In this document: piece by piece, positions 1 to 10,321 of the stretch
How the letters are laid out: each line of letters opens with the position of its first letter
Numbering within the stretch: position 1 is the stretch's first letter
Virus record (IMG/VR): IMGVR_UViG_3300005805_000044
Direction: 5' to 3' (one strand)
Length of the DNA stretch: 64,000 nt
DNA from: a virus
The notes under the pieces: model-generated
Seen by the model: the letters and a program-made list of their open reading frames with translations, nothing else
Database searches by the model: none
Told to the model about the DNA's origin: nothing
Position numbers and translations under genes: made by a program

Positions 1-485
1 AAATAAACCATCTTTGTATGCACTGGATGAAAGTTTGATTTTATTTCTATAATTTCTTTACCATCTTCATTTTGGGGTGGATCAATCAAATTGTCCTTGT
101 TCAAATATGTCAAGATGGTATTGTTGTCATAATACTTAGAATTTATATAAAAATTTGTGATGTCATACATATCGTTGGACATGATACAATCATCCTCAGT
201 ATAAATTATATTTTCCAAATCTAATATTTCAAAACAGTAGTGTAACGTCATGTATTGATTCAACAGCAAACCATACCTAAATGGGTTGATCAATATTTTA
301 ATATTTTCGTATTTACGTATGCGATTTATAGATTCGTGATCAAGAACATCGGGTTCAACAAGAAATACAAAGTTAATCTTTTCAAAATCGGTTTGTGACA
401 AACATGACTTTATAAAAGTGTCAAAGTATCTGACTCTATGTGGTTTTCCTAAATAAACTGGAGTTGCTATGGTAACTGTGTTCAT
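1..485 (-). CDS. GT-A fold (GT2-like) glycosyltransferase, partial (runs off window start)
   Basis: Not in ORF track. Manual translation from ATG 485: MNTVTIATPVYLGKPHRVRYFDTFIKSCLSQ...IIYTEDDCIMSND, with GT2-type N-terminal strand and EDD motif. Confidence 0.65.
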   Translation of the reverse strand, partial: MNTVTIATPVYLGKPHRVRYFDTFIKSCLSQTDFEKINFVFLVEPDVLDHESINRIRKYENIKILINPFRYGLLLNQYMTLHYCFEILDLENIIYTEDDCIMSNDMYDITNFYINSKYYDNNTILTYLNKDNLIDPPQNEDGKEIIEIKSNFHPVHTKMVY

Positions 486-505
486 ACAGATATATATTGT
501 TGGTC
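486..505. promoter_or_regulatory. Putative bidirectional TATATAT box between divergent genes
   Basis: Only 20 bp between divergent ATGs, with self-complementary ATATATAT at 490-497. Confidence 0.45.
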
Positions 506-1315
506 ATGAAGTTAATTACTTTTATAAATCAAGCATATGTTGATATAGCACATAATTTGTATATACAACTCAAGAACGTCAATCTACACAAGAATTTAAC
601 AATACACACCGTAAGTAAACTCGCATATGACAGTGTAGTGTCTCTAAAATTAGATTGTGAAGTGAAACTATACAAACCAATGTTATGCAAAGATTTATTT
701 AACGAAGATCTCAATTATGATGATGGTAGACGTGATGTTGAGTTTGCTATTCAACAATTCTTAAAATATGATTGTTTTTATCAAGAAGTTCTCAATCATG
801 AGTTTGTATGTTTATTAGATGCAGATATTCTTGTGTTTGAAGATTTTACAAATGATATAAAAATTTTAATGAATAGAACTACAAAGTTTGAATCAAAATC
901 CGTAAGTAATTTTGCATTTAAATACTATCTTAACGTCAACATCTTTTGTAAAGACGTTGAATCTCCAAAGTTATATTCATGGTCGGGTATACATCAAATT
1001 ATAAACTCTGGCTTTGTAGTAGCAAGACAATCAGACCAAACATTTAATGCGATGATAGATTGTTACAAACACTTTGTTCCACATATTGGAAAGAGTAGTT
1101 GCAACACCGAAGAACAAATATTGACATCATATTTTGCAGATAATCGATATGACATATGTTCCATACCAGATTCAATCCATATGTTAAACGACTCTGGATG
1201 TATTTATCCCCCTGAAGAAGCAAGAAGATTACACTGCAAAACATTTCATCCCACATTCATATGGAAAAAAGAAAAAGTTGATTATATTAAAAAAATGAAA
1301 ATGTGGTTTATTTGA
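506..1315 (+). CDS. Nucleotide-diphospho-sugar transferase-like (GT-A) protein, paralog 1
   Basis: LLDADI (DxD), INSGF and EEQI motifs. ATG 506 (MKLITF) matches paralog starts. Confidence 0.65.
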   Translation: MKLITFINQAYVDIAHNLYIQLKNVNLHKNLTIHTVSKLAYDSVVSLKLDCEVKLYKPMLCKDLFNEDLNYDDGRRDVEFAIQQFLKYDCFYQEVLNHEFVCLLDADILVFEDFTNDIKILMNRTTKFESKSVSNFAFKYYLNVNIFCKDVESPKLYSWSGIHQIINSGFVVARQSDQTFNAMIDCYKHFVPHIGKSSCNTEEQILTSYFADNRYDICSIPDSIHMLNDSGCIYPPEEARRLHCKTFHPTFIWKKEKVDYIKKMKMWFI

Positions 1316-1316
1316 T

Positions 1317-2153
1317 ATGAAGTTAGTTACATTTATAAATCTAGCATATGCCGCTCTGGCTCACAATTTATATCTTCAATTGAAGAAATTAAATATTCAT
1401 GAAAATTTAGTCATATATTGTCTAAATCAAGAAACTCTAAATCAAATTTTGTCATACAACCTTGATTGTGAAGTTAAGATTTATATTCCACAATTATTCA
1501 AAAATGAAGATTTAAAAATATCAATTAATGAAAATAATTTGTGGCCTGGAACCAAAGAATACACTACATATCAATTTGTTAAACAAGATTGTTTTTATCA
1601 GTCATTATTGAAAGATGAATTTGTATGTTTGATTGATGCCGATATGATAGTATTTGACGACTTCATTCCATCAATTAAAAACTTAATGTTACATCAACGA
1701 AAGTTTTACGACAAAGAGTATGTTTTGTTTGCGTTGAAATATTACATGAGTATAAACATAAACATGGATATGTCAGCAAGTTATTTGTATGGATGGTGTG
1801 GTCAAACGCAAATTGTAAATTGTGGTTTTCAAGTTGGGCAAAACTATGATGAAACATTGAAATGCGTAGAAGAATACTGTGAACTATACAAACCTCACAT
1901 AGGCAAAACACATCATAACATTGATGAAATAATCATTACAAATTATTTTGCATCAAATTTGTTTTATTCACACAACGTTGGATGGTCTATACCAAGAGTT
2001 TGTAGTATACCAGATCATATCAATAGTTTGAACAATTGTGGAGAAATATACACTGCAGAACAAGTCTTGAACTTACGATGTAAAACATTTCATCCCACTT
2101 ACTGTCACAATAAAATCAATTTTATAAAAGAATGTAATCAGTGGTTTTTATGA
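1317..2153 (+). CDS. Nucleotide-diphospho-sugar transferase-like (GT-A) protein, paralog 2
   Basis: LIDADM, VNCGF, DEII and KTFHPT motifs shared with neighbours. Confidence 0.65.
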   Translation: MKLVTFINLAYAALAHNLYLQLKKLNIHENLVIYCLNQETLNQILSYNLDCEVKIYIPQLFKNEDLKISINENNLWPGTKEYTTYQFVKQDCFYQSLLKDEFVCLIDADMIVFDDFIPSIKNLMLHQRKFYDKEYVLFALKYYMSININMDMSASYLYGWCGQTQIVNCGFQVGQNYDETLKCVEEYCELYKPHIGKTHHNIDEIIITNYFASNLFYSHNVGWSIPRVCSIPDHINSLNNCGEIYTAEQVLNLRCKTFHPTYCHNKINFIKECNQWFL

Positions 2154-2971
2154 AACTTATAACGTTTGTAAATTTAGCATATGTGAATTTTGCTCACAAC
2201 TTATATCTTCAATTAAAGAATGTAGGTTTACATGAAAATTTAATAATATACACTCCAAGTGATAAAGCATTCAACACTCTAAAACAATTGCATATAGATT
2301 GTGATATTAGAAAGTATACACCGTTATTGTTTAAAGAATGTTTTGATCAAAATATTTGGTCAGATGAATATACTACATGTGCCACTGGAAACAATTCATA
2401 CGCAACATTTCAATTAATAAAACATGATTGTGTTTATCAATTGTTACAACAAAACGAATACGTTTGTTTGATTGATGCTGATATGATTATATTTTCAAAC
2501 TTTGTAGATGACTTGAAATGTTTATTGAATTCTAAAAAGTTTGGATATGATGATACGAGTTTATTTGCAATCAAATATTATTTAAACATCAATGTGTGTG
2601 TTGATCTTGACTCGGGCGCAAAATATGAATGGATAGGAAAATATTCGATGGCAAACACTGGGTTTATGGGAGTATATCAATCGGATATGACATTTAAAAT
2701 TATCGAAGACTATTCTAAATTGTTTATACCACACTTTGGAAAACATACGGGTAATATTGATGAACATATTTTAACAAAATACATTTCACAAGGATCTGCT
2801 GATTTGAGAATATGTTCGATCCCAGATAGTATAAACACATTGAGTGACTGTGGTAACATTTATAATCCAGACCAGATCGTAAAACTACATTGTCATACGT
2901 TTCACCCAACGTTTGTAAGTGGTGATAAAATAGAGTTTATAAAAGAGTGCGGTCAGTGGTTTGTCGAATAA
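2150..2971 (+). CDS. Nucleotide-diphospho-sugar transferase-like (GT-A) protein, paralog 3
   Basis: LIDADM, ANTGF, DEHI, HTFHPT. ATG 2150 overlaps the previous stop (ATGA). Confidence 0.65.
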   Translation: MKLITFVNLAYVNFAHNLYLQLKNVGLHENLIIYTPSDKAFNTLKQLHIDCDIRKYTPLLFKECFDQNIWSDEYTTCATGNNSYATFQLIKHDCVYQLLQQNEYVCLIDADMIIFSNFVDDLKCLLNSKKFGYDDTSLFAIKYYLNINVCVDLDSGAKYEWIGKYSMANTGFMGVYQSDMTFKIIEDYSKLFIPHFGKHTGNIDEHILTKYISQGSADLRICSIPDSINTLSDCGNIYNPDQIVKLHCHTFHPTFVSGDKIEFIKECGQWFVE

Positions 2972-3531
2972 TTCCAAATCAATGGCCAAAGTCTTTCAAA
3001 TGCCCATGGAGATGTTTCAATATATTGATTAAACACCGAATAACAATTTTTCCACCAGTTTAAACTTTTTGATTTGATTTTATACATCGGAACAATATAT
3101 TGAGCACCAGCAGAAAATACAAATCTAGAATTAGTATCAAATTTACAGTTATCAAACAATAAATTTGAAATTTCTAAGAGTGGTAAGTAACACCAGTGGC
3201 CTGGACCACCATCATAATTTTTAAACACAGGGCCCCAATTTGTTCCTAACCATACTATATCATTAACATTTTTGTTCTCTTCTAATTGATAAAATAAATC
3301 AGAGCAATGATCAAATGGATTTCCTTGCAAAAACACAGTCTCTTTTGTTAATAAGTTATAATTTTCGATAATAAAATATAACATTGACTCTGCTTCTCTA
3401 CCTATGTTTGGTCTTGATATATAATCAAATGATAACTCGTCATGTCCTTTATTGTAAATAACAACGTTATCTTTGATAGAATTTATCCAAGATAAAGATT
3501 CATTATACCGAGTTATAACAACTGTTCTCAT
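2953..3531 (-). CDS. DUF3431-like protein (glycan-associated), paralog 1
   Basis: VITRYNE..W, YNKG, NIGRE, FLQGNPFDH, GAQYIV, FERLW signature. Confidence 0.7.
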   Translation of the reverse strand: MRTVVITRYNESLSWINSIKDNVVIYNKGHDELSFDYISRPNIGREAESMLYFIIENYNLLTKETVFLQGNPFDHCSDLFYQLEENKNVNDIVWLGTNWGPVFKNYDGGPGHWCYLPLLEISNLLFDNCKFDTNSRFVFSAGAQYIVPMYKIKSKSLNWWKNCYSVFNQYIETSPWAFERLWPLIWNYSTNH

Positions 3532-4100
3532 TACACCGCTTCAAATTTCCAAACCATCGGCCATAATCGTTCAAATACCCATGGAGATGTTTCTATGTTT
3601 GCATCAAAAATAGTATGTGCTTCTTTCCACCATGATAAAGATTTATTCAAAATATATTTTTTTGGAACCATATATTGAGCCCCGGCGGAGAATGTAAACG
3701 TTTTGTTGGTATCATATTCTTCATCAAACAAATATTTACACATTTCTAACATTGGAAGTGGACGTTCTCCTGGTCCACCCATGTAATCTTTTGTAATCGG
3801 ACCCCAATTTGTTCCTAACCATACTACGCTGTCAACATCATTTATATTATTAACTATTTCTATAAAATCGTGACAGTGATCGAATGGATTGCCTTGACAA
3901 AATACAGATATTTCGGGTAAATTATTGTAATTTGAAATGATATAGTTTAAGTAAGTGTCAGTCTCATGCCCGACATTTCTTAGCTTAATATATTTTTGTT
4001 CAATATCATCTTTACCTTTATTGTATATAATATATTCAAAGTTAATTTTGTTGACCCATTCTATGTTTTCTCTATAACGAGCCACTATTAGTTTTTTCAT
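3531..4100 (-). CDS. DUF3431-like protein, paralog 2
   Basis: VARYRE..W, YNKG, NVGHE, FCQGNPFDH, GAQYMV, FERLW. Close paralog of 2953..3531. Confidence 0.7.
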   Translation of the reverse strand: MKKLIVARYRENIEWVNKINFEYIIYNKGKDDIEQKYIKLRNVGHETDTYLNYIISNYNNLPEISVFCQGNPFDHCHDFIEIVNNINDVDSVVWLGTNWGPITKDYMGGPGERPLPMLEMCKYLFDEEYDTNKTFTFSAGAQYMVPKKYILNKSLSWWKEAHTIFDANIETSPWVFERLWPMVWKFEAV

Positions 4101-4101
4101 A

Positions 4102-5007
4102 TCAATATATAATAAATGGTTGTTGTTTTACTCGTTCAACAAATACATTTTTATCAATACTCATTTTTACAGCGGAACAGTCATTTAATCCACCATATAT
4201 GTTGATTACACTGCTTTCAACTTCAACATTCATAGGAAATATAACTTCATATTTTACTGCATGTCTATGAGTAGTGTTTCTCCATTTCCACAGACTATTC
4301 AAAACATATTCACTTGAATGTTGTCTATCAGCAATAAGAAATGGATTTATAGCATATCCAATGGGAGTTAAATCTGAATTTAATTTCATAAGTCCAACAA
4401 AATACTTCATATTCAGTGGACCCAAATGAACGTAACTGTGATACAATAAAAATTTCTCACCGTATATTTCAAATACATTTGTGCTTAAACCTGGATTACC
4501 ATACTTTTCAATCCACGGTTTCCAGTTTATGTTTTTACTATATATTTCTTTTTCAGATTGGTCAAAAATAATATACGGATTAACATGGTAAATTATATTA
4601 CTTTTATAAAATTGCCAATGTTTTTCAAAATGGGTTTTATGTGTAATAAAATGATAAAATTGTTTAGTTTCAATATTATATTTTTTATAGTAAACACCAA
4701 TTATTTTTGCTAAATCATCGACATCAAATTGAGCAACACATACACTAATGTTTTTATCATCAATCCACCTTGCGTCTTCAAAACTATAGTGATATTCGTC
4801 ATCAGCATAATTCTGCAATATTATATTATCATCTTGGTCTACAATATCACATGCGTGAAAATGTTTACTTAACTTGTGTTCTTTTCTGAAGATAGTTTTG
4901 CCATTCAAATGTGAACAATTAAAATAATTATTGGTTCCATTGAACTGTTTTAATAATTCAACGTATAATTCGTTAAATGAAAAAATTGGATTCATAATCA
5001 ATTGCAA
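4102..5007 (-). CDS. Putative five-bladed beta-propeller glycoside hydrolase/phosphorylase-like protein (GH130/DUF377-like)
   Basis: NP-x-F start, EDARW, EKHW, VIFP and terminal YGGLND motifs. Confidence 0.5.
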   Translation of the reverse strand: MQLIMNPIFSFNELYVELLKQFNGTNNYFNCSHLNGKTIFRKEHKLSKHFHACDIVDQDDNIILQNYADDEYHYSFEDARWIDDKNISVCVAQFDVDDLAKIIGVYYKKYNIETKQFYHFITHKTHFEKHWQFYKSNIIYHVNPYIIFDQSEKEIYSKNINWKPWIEKYGNPGLSTNVFEIYGEKFLLYHSYVHLGPLNMKYFVGLMKLNSDLTPIGYAINPFLIADRQHSSEYVLNSLWKWRNTTHRHAVKYEVIFPMNVEVESSVINIYGGLNDCSAVKMSIDKNVFVERVKQQPFIIY

Positions 5008-6128
5008 CCATGATGTTTTTTAACGTATCTATACGTAAATTTTATAAGTTTATATATGTTAAATTCAAGATTCATGCGACTAAAACCATAATATTGCATT
5101 AATAGATATACATAGTTTTTTAAAGATGTTTTGTGTTTTCTATATTGATCAACACCCAATAATTCTAAATATTTTTTCTTATAAAAATTTAACAACGAAA
5201 GTCCTATTATATAGCTAGATAAATGATGAACAAATGGTCCCCAGTCTGGCGATTTAAAAACTTTATCTTTATAAATTTTTTGATTTAATTTATCATTATG
5301 TTCCAAATACTGAAACAGCGCGCTATTAAAATAATGTATATATTGATCGAATTTACCGTGTTTTGAATAAAATTCGTCTGATCTGCCATAGTGTTGTAAC
5401 AACCAATAATCATATGAATTTTCTTCATAAAAATCCATTTTTATATTTTTATTAAGAAAACACATCATTGAAAAAAACTCAAATGTATCAAAGTTGACTT
5501 CTCTTTTAAAGTTAAACGGTGGACTGTCAAATGGTGGTTTAAATAATGTTCCGTTTTCAATCTTCAAATAATCCGTAGATATCCAGTCCCAATGTTGTTT
5601 TATTGATTTATTAATGAAAAATATACTTTCTTTGGCTGGACCAGCAACATTAGGTGAAATAGAAAACAATTGTAATTTTTCAAACACATCACAATTGTTT
5701 GGTGTAACGCTATTCATTACACAAAAAACATGTAATGTATCTAGTTTATCAAACCATGTATTGAATAACTGTTTGTCAAAGATATAAGCATCTTCTTCAA
5801 ACACAACAAGTTTTTGTTCAGATGAAATTTGAAGTATTGCATCTATACAAAAACCGTGGTGAGCCCACAAATTTGTTCCCCACCAAGCTTTATAATGTGC
5901 TTCAATTACAATTACTTCTTTAAACAAATACGCATATGATTGTATTATCTTATAAGAAGAATCCAACAAATATTGAAATTGTTCAGCCGATATGTATTCT
6001 CGTTGGGGATTCAAACATACATACAGTTTATATTGTGGACATAGTTTGCTAAGTCTGTCCAAAGATGCTATCAAAGTTATTGGGTTTCCTAATGATGTCA
6101 ACCCTACAGCTCTGTCGTGTTTGTTCAT
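4998..6128 (-). CDS. Divergent GT-A-like glycosyltransferase
   Basis: HG.C.D and FEEDAY motifs. Paralog of 7288..8418. Confidence 0.5.
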   Translation of the reverse strand: MNKHDRAVGLTSLGNPITLIASLDRLSKLCPQYKLYVCLNPQREYISAEQFQYLLDSSYKIIQSYAYLFKEVIVIEAHYKAWWGTNLWAHHGFCIDAILQISSEQKLVVFEEDAYIFDKQLFNTWFDKLDTLHVFCVMNSVTPNNCDVFEKLQLFSISPNVAGPAKESIFFINKSIKQHWDWISTDYLKIENGTLFKPPFDSPPFNFKREVNFDTFEFFSMMCFLNKNIKMDFYEENSYDYWLLQHYGRSDEFYSKHGKFDQYIHYFNSALFQYLEHNDKLNQKIYKDKVFKSPDWGPFVHHLSSYIIGLSLLNFYKKKYLELLGVDQYRKHKTSLKNYVYLLMQYYGFSRMNLEFNIYKLIKFTYRYVKKHHGCN

Positions 6129-6604
6129 TTATAGTGCAATACAGTAGCCTCATTTTCTGTAGATTCAAATATAACTGTTTGATCTGGCTTTTTCAACTTG
6201 TATGAAAACAATCCCATATCACCAACAATTTGAAGATGTCTTGTATCTTGTTCACTACCCCAATTTTTAGAATGATTGAAAATGTTTGGTATATAATATG
6301 GCCAAAACTTAACTTTGTTGGCTATTATAATTTCATGAAATCCCCTTGATCTTGGTGAGTAATTTAAAGACTGTAATATTTGTTCACTCAATGACCAATC
6401 TTCTATGTTAAGAAAACAAATATCAAATTCGTAGTCTTTTACCTTGGTGATATCACTTTCAACATGTATTGTGTTAAATAACTGTTTCCACATCTGTGAA
6501 GATAGTTTTCCAGTTGTGTTGATGTCTAATACCACAAGATTATTAACATCTTTTTGGTTAACATTGTGCTTGTATATGTCAAAAAATAGTCTTGGACTGT
6601 TCAT
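6125..6604 (-). CDS. Hypothetical protein
   Basis: 159-aa ORF overlapping both neighbours in operon. Confidence 0.55.
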   Translation of the reverse strand: MNSPRLFFDIYKHNVNQKDVNNLVVLDINTTGKLSSQMWKQLFNTIHVESDITKVKDYEFDICFLNIEDWSLSEQILQSLNYSPRSRGFHEIIIANKVKFWPYYIPNIFNHSKNWGSEQDTRHLQIVGDMGLFSYKLKKPDQTVIFESTENEATVLHYK

Positions 6605-7271
6605 GTTTTTTATAACAAATTGTTAATGATGGATAATTTTCAATTACAAAAAAGTTGTATAATCGTGTCAACTCTGACTTTTCCAATATTGGCGCAATAG
6701 GAACACAGTTATAGTTAATCATCCATGGAACGTTGTCTCTTGATTTACTACCACCTTCAAACAATATGACACCATTATCTTTTATTTTTGGATAATACTC
6801 TTTGAGTAACTTTTCTATTTTATCTCCAGTATTTGATATGTCAATATGTAATATGTCAATTGAATTATCTTCAAATTTTAAATCAAGGTTCATAGCGTCC
6901 CCCTTGTGAAGATATACATGTTTTTCCATATCAAATCTTTCTAGTTTTAACTTTATGTCATCATATCTTGCATGATTATATTGATAGTCTTCAAATAAAT
7001 CAATTGCTATAATTTTACCTTTTTTATTTTCAAGACAACCTCGTGCAAAACTAAATAATGAATATCCTTCTAAAATACCCATTTCAACAATAAGATCTGG
7101 TTTTCTATCCAATACCAGCTGATAAAATTTGACCCAATAGTTGTGTTTAGTATAAGATGACTTTAATGATTTAATAAATGTAAAGAACATCGTTGCAAAC
7201 CCAGCGGCGCCCGCACTGACAGCGTATTCCTTATAATCAAAAATTAAATTGAGAATGTATTGTGCTTCCAT
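6579..7271 (-). CDS. Class I SAM-dependent methyltransferase (Methyltransf_24-like)
   Basis: IVEMGILEGYS, AIDLF, ILHIDI motifs. ATG 7271 preferred (TATATAT box 4 nt upstream). Confidence 0.75.
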   Translation of the reverse strand: MEAQYILNLIFDYKEYAVSAGAAGFATMFFTFIKSLKSSYTKHNYWVKFYQLVLDRKPDLIVEMGILEGYSLFSFARGCLENKKGKIIAIDLFEDYQYNHARYDDIKLKLERFDMEKHVYLHKGDAMNLDLKFEDNSIDILHIDISNTGDKIEKLLKEYYPKIKDNGVILFEGGSKSRDNVPWMINYNCVPIAPILEKSELTRLYNFFVIENYPSLTICYKKHEQSKTIF

Positions 7272-7287
7272 AAAAATATATAGGTTT

Positions 7288-8418
7288 TTATACTGTCTCC
7301 TCACTCAAATAATGAACTTTTCTTGAGTGTCTACATGCAAATTTGAAATACAAGTGCATCTTGAACTTATTCTTGATAGTATAGTATCCAAAATAATTGA
7401 ACAATAACACTATAGCATTTCTAAGTGACTTCTTATGACGTTTGTATTCTTCAATACCACATAGTTGAATATAACGTTTTTTGATGGTCAACAATATCGA
7501 ATACTGAATCAAGAACGTGGACATATGATACATGAATTGCCCGTAGTGGGGAGCGTCATGCACCATATCACAGTAAAGCTTTTTATTTCCCTTATCATGG
7601 TAATCCAAGTGTTGAAATAATGCACTATTGAAATAATGAATGTATGATGGTGGAGAAGCATGCTTTCTGAAGAACTCATCAATATTTCCTCTACCTTCAG
7701 AAGCCCAATAATCAAAGTTGTGTTCTTCATAAACACTCTTTTTAATATTCTTATTCATCCAACAGTTGAGTGAGAAAAACTCAAATGTATCAAAGTTTAT
7801 TTCTTCATTGAACTTCAACTCTATATGCTCGTTGGGTCTATACACGAATTGATTTTCCCATTTCACGTAATCAAATGCAGGCCAATCATATAACTCCAAT
7901 ATGTCTCGTCTAATAAAGAATATGCTTTCCTTACCAGGCATGTTGACTGCACCATGGAATATACCAAGTTTACTAAACAGTTGACCAAAGTTATTAGGGT
8001 TCTGAGGAGCAATAACACAGTGAAGATGGTTATCTTTAAGTTGATTGAACCAATTATCAAATGTTAGTTTGTCGGTCAAATATGCATCCTCTTCGAAGAA
8101 TGCCATTTCATCTTCGGTGGTCAATGTGAATAGTGTGTCCAAACAAAGACCATGTGACATCCAACAAGTAGCACTGTTTTCGATGATCAATAACTGTGGG
8201 AAATACTTTTCATAGTATTGACATATCTTGTATGTTTGTTCAGTGAGGTGAGTTATATTCTCACGGTTGTTGCATTCTCTAGAAATATTTAACATCACAT
8301 AAACTCTGCAATCTCTACATGTCCTCTTAAATTTTTCAAATGATGCTATAAGAGTAATTGGATTTCCTATTGAAACTAATCCTACAGCTCTTGTATGTGT
8401 ATTTATAACCTCACTCAT
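7288..8418 (-). CDS. Divergent GT-A-like glycosyltransferase
   Basis: SHGLCLD, FEEDAY, NFDTFEFFS, YIHYFNSALFQ. Same length (376 aa) and motifs as 4998..6128. Confidence 0.5.
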   Translation of the reverse strand: MSEVINTHTRAVGLVSIGNPITLIASFEKFKRTCRDCRVYVMLNISRECNNRENITHLTEQTYKICQYYEKYFPQLLIIENSATCWMSHGLCLDTLFTLTTEDEMAFFEEDAYLTDKLTFDNWFNQLKDNHLHCVIAPQNPNNFGQLFSKLGIFHGAVNMPGKESIFFIRRDILELYDWPAFDYVKWENQFVYRPNEHIELKFNEEINFDTFEFFSLNCWMNKNIKKSVYEEHNFDYWASEGRGNIDEFFRKHASPPSYIHYFNSALFQHLDYHDKGNKKLYCDMVHDAPHYGQFMYHMSTFLIQYSILLTIKKRYIQLCGIEEYKRHKKSLRNAIVLLFNYFGYYTIKNKFKMHLYFKFACRHSRKVHYLSEETV

Positions 8419-9422
8419 AATAAATCTGTTCTATAAAACTCTTTGAATTGAATAATGTAGTCGTCAAACAACTCTTTTGAAACTCCACTGTCTTTTCTAA
8501 TTCTTTCTACATAACTAGTATAGTGTGAATATATCGAATCAATTTTAATTAATTTTTCTAAAATAATTGTAAACCACGCGAGTAATCGTTGACTTTCCCA
8601 TGGATTTGGATCAATATGTATTTGATTGTTTTGATATTTTTGAATTGTGCTTATTGACTCACCAAAATTTCTTATGTGATAGTATGGATGTGTTTTGGTC
8701 GTATTTTCGTCACATCGGTCGTCATCATGATTTGCAAATTTTTTTAAATATTTATTATCTTCTATTATAAGATTAAACCTTGGGTCAAGCAATTCTTTTA
8801 CTTTGACATTAGGAAAATTTTTTGCCACGTTTCTAGAAAATGCTTCCATGGATTCCAAATGTGGATCTAAATTGTCGTCAATATTTTTATTAAAAAACGA
8901 TTTTGAACAACCAAATAAAGTTGCGGCGAATCTAGTTTTTCCTCTACGAATTTGATTTGGACGCATAATAGAAAGACTATACATAAAATTTCTAAAGTCG
9001 TCTTTTTCAGCAATATCTTCGTGTTCTTTGCAAATATATGTAGGTAATATTCGTGTGCCTGTATCCAAATTACTCACGATATCATATTCATCCAGATCAT
9101 TAAAAATTTGTGTAAATACAGAATAATCATAAATCATTAAATCACTATCAATAACAATAAATTTATCATCATCGTTTAAAGTATTTATAGCATCTTCGAT
9201 GTTTTGTTGATGCGACGAACCTCTGTTTTTTTCTCCAATATATTTTATCGTTTTTCCATTGAATACTCGGGTTTCATTTTCAAAATCCATTCTGGTGCCA
9301 ATAAAAATAAAATTATCTACTGGAAACTTGTGTATTCTTGACAAAATATAATTGTGCAATATTTCTCCGATTTTTTTATCAGTCGAATTGTAGTTAACAA
9401 ATGGGATAATAATTGTATTCAT
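8415..9422 (-). CDS. Divergent GT-A-like glycosyltransferase
   Basis: IIIPF start, VIDSDL (DxD), late YYHIR motif. Confidence 0.5.
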   Translation of the reverse strand: MNTIIIPFVNYNSTDKKIGEILHNYILSRIHKFPVDNFIFIGTRMDFENETRVFNGKTIKYIGEKNRGSSHQQNIEDAINTLNDDDKFIVIDSDLMIYDYSVFTQIFNDLDEYDIVSNLDTGTRILPTYICKEHEDIAEKDDFRNFMYSLSIMRPNQIRRGKTRFAATLFGCSKSFFNKNIDDNLDPHLESMEAFSRNVAKNFPNVKVKELLDPRFNLIIEDNKYLKKFANHDDDRCDENTTKTHPYYHIRNFGESISTIQKYQNNQIHIDPNPWESQRLLAWFTIILEKLIKIDSIYSHYTSYVERIRKDSGVSKELFDDYIIQFKEFYRTDLL

Positions 9423-10321
9423 CGTGTTATTATTTTTTTGGAAATTTCAATCCATTCTGGAAAGAAGTTTAAATTTTTTGTTAAACATTCTTTATAAAAT
9501 AAATCGTATAACATTGGGTCGTGTGGTGAAGGATTTCTAGCCTTTCTTCCATGTTCATACATCATCAAATAATCGTGTGTTATACCTGTATAATGATAAA
9601 ATTTAATATTTTCATATCTATTCAACATAAGAAACTGTTTTCCATCATCTTGTATGAAATCAAATAACTGGGTCGATACCAAATCAAAATGATCGTAATA
9701 TATAGGCTTTTCAGATTCTACACTAACCACTTTGTTTGATTTATAAAACTCTATTTTATTATTTACAAAAATAGTATTTTCTTCTGTGATATTTTCAAAT
9801 TTAATGTATTTGTTATAGTCAATTTTATACAAATTTTTGACACGTTCATCGACTGGAGCCGCAAATTTTTGATATTTTAATTTAGCAAGTGTTGATTTTT
9901 TACAAGACCAAAAGCATGGCCACAGTCTTATACCTGTAAAATTTGATTCCAAAGTTGAACATAGTTCGTAATCATTGTTCAACATCAACTCTAAAACACT
10001 ATCCCAATCAGCACTAAAATCTGGCTCCAATGACAAAATATAATCGCCGGTGGATCTTTTTAATATTTCCTGAACGCATTCATCTCTCCAATCAGTATCT
10101 AATTTTCCCGACGATTGATGATGTATAAATTCACATTTACCATCCAAATCTTGTTGTATAAAATTTATATATGGTTTCCACTTTTCATGAAAAAATGAAT
10201 ATGAATGAGAAAATAGATAATAAATTTTATTGAATTTAGTATGGTATCTATGAATAAAATCTCTAACAATCGGACTATCAAAATTTGGAGGAAGTATAAC
10301 AAACGCATCAATCTTGTTCAT
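9419..10321 (-). CDS. Divergent GT-A-like glycosyltransferase
   Basis: STGDYILSLEPDF (GT2-like context), LWPCF, FYHYTG. Confidence 0.5.
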   Translation of the reverse strand: MNKIDAFVILPPNFDSPIVRDFIHRYHTKFNKIYYLFSHSYSFFHEKWKPYINFIQQDLDGKCEFIHHQSSGKLDTDWRDECVQEILKRSTGDYILSLEPDFSADWDSVLELMLNNDYELCSTLESNFTGIRLWPCFWSCKKSTLAKLKYQKFAAPVDERVKNLYKIDYNKYIKFENITEENTIFVNNKIEFYKSNKVVSVESEKPIYYDHFDLVSTQLFDFIQDDGKQFLMLNRYENIKFYHYTGITHDYLMMYEHGRKARNPSPHDPMLYDLFYKECLTKNLNFFPEWIEISKKIITR

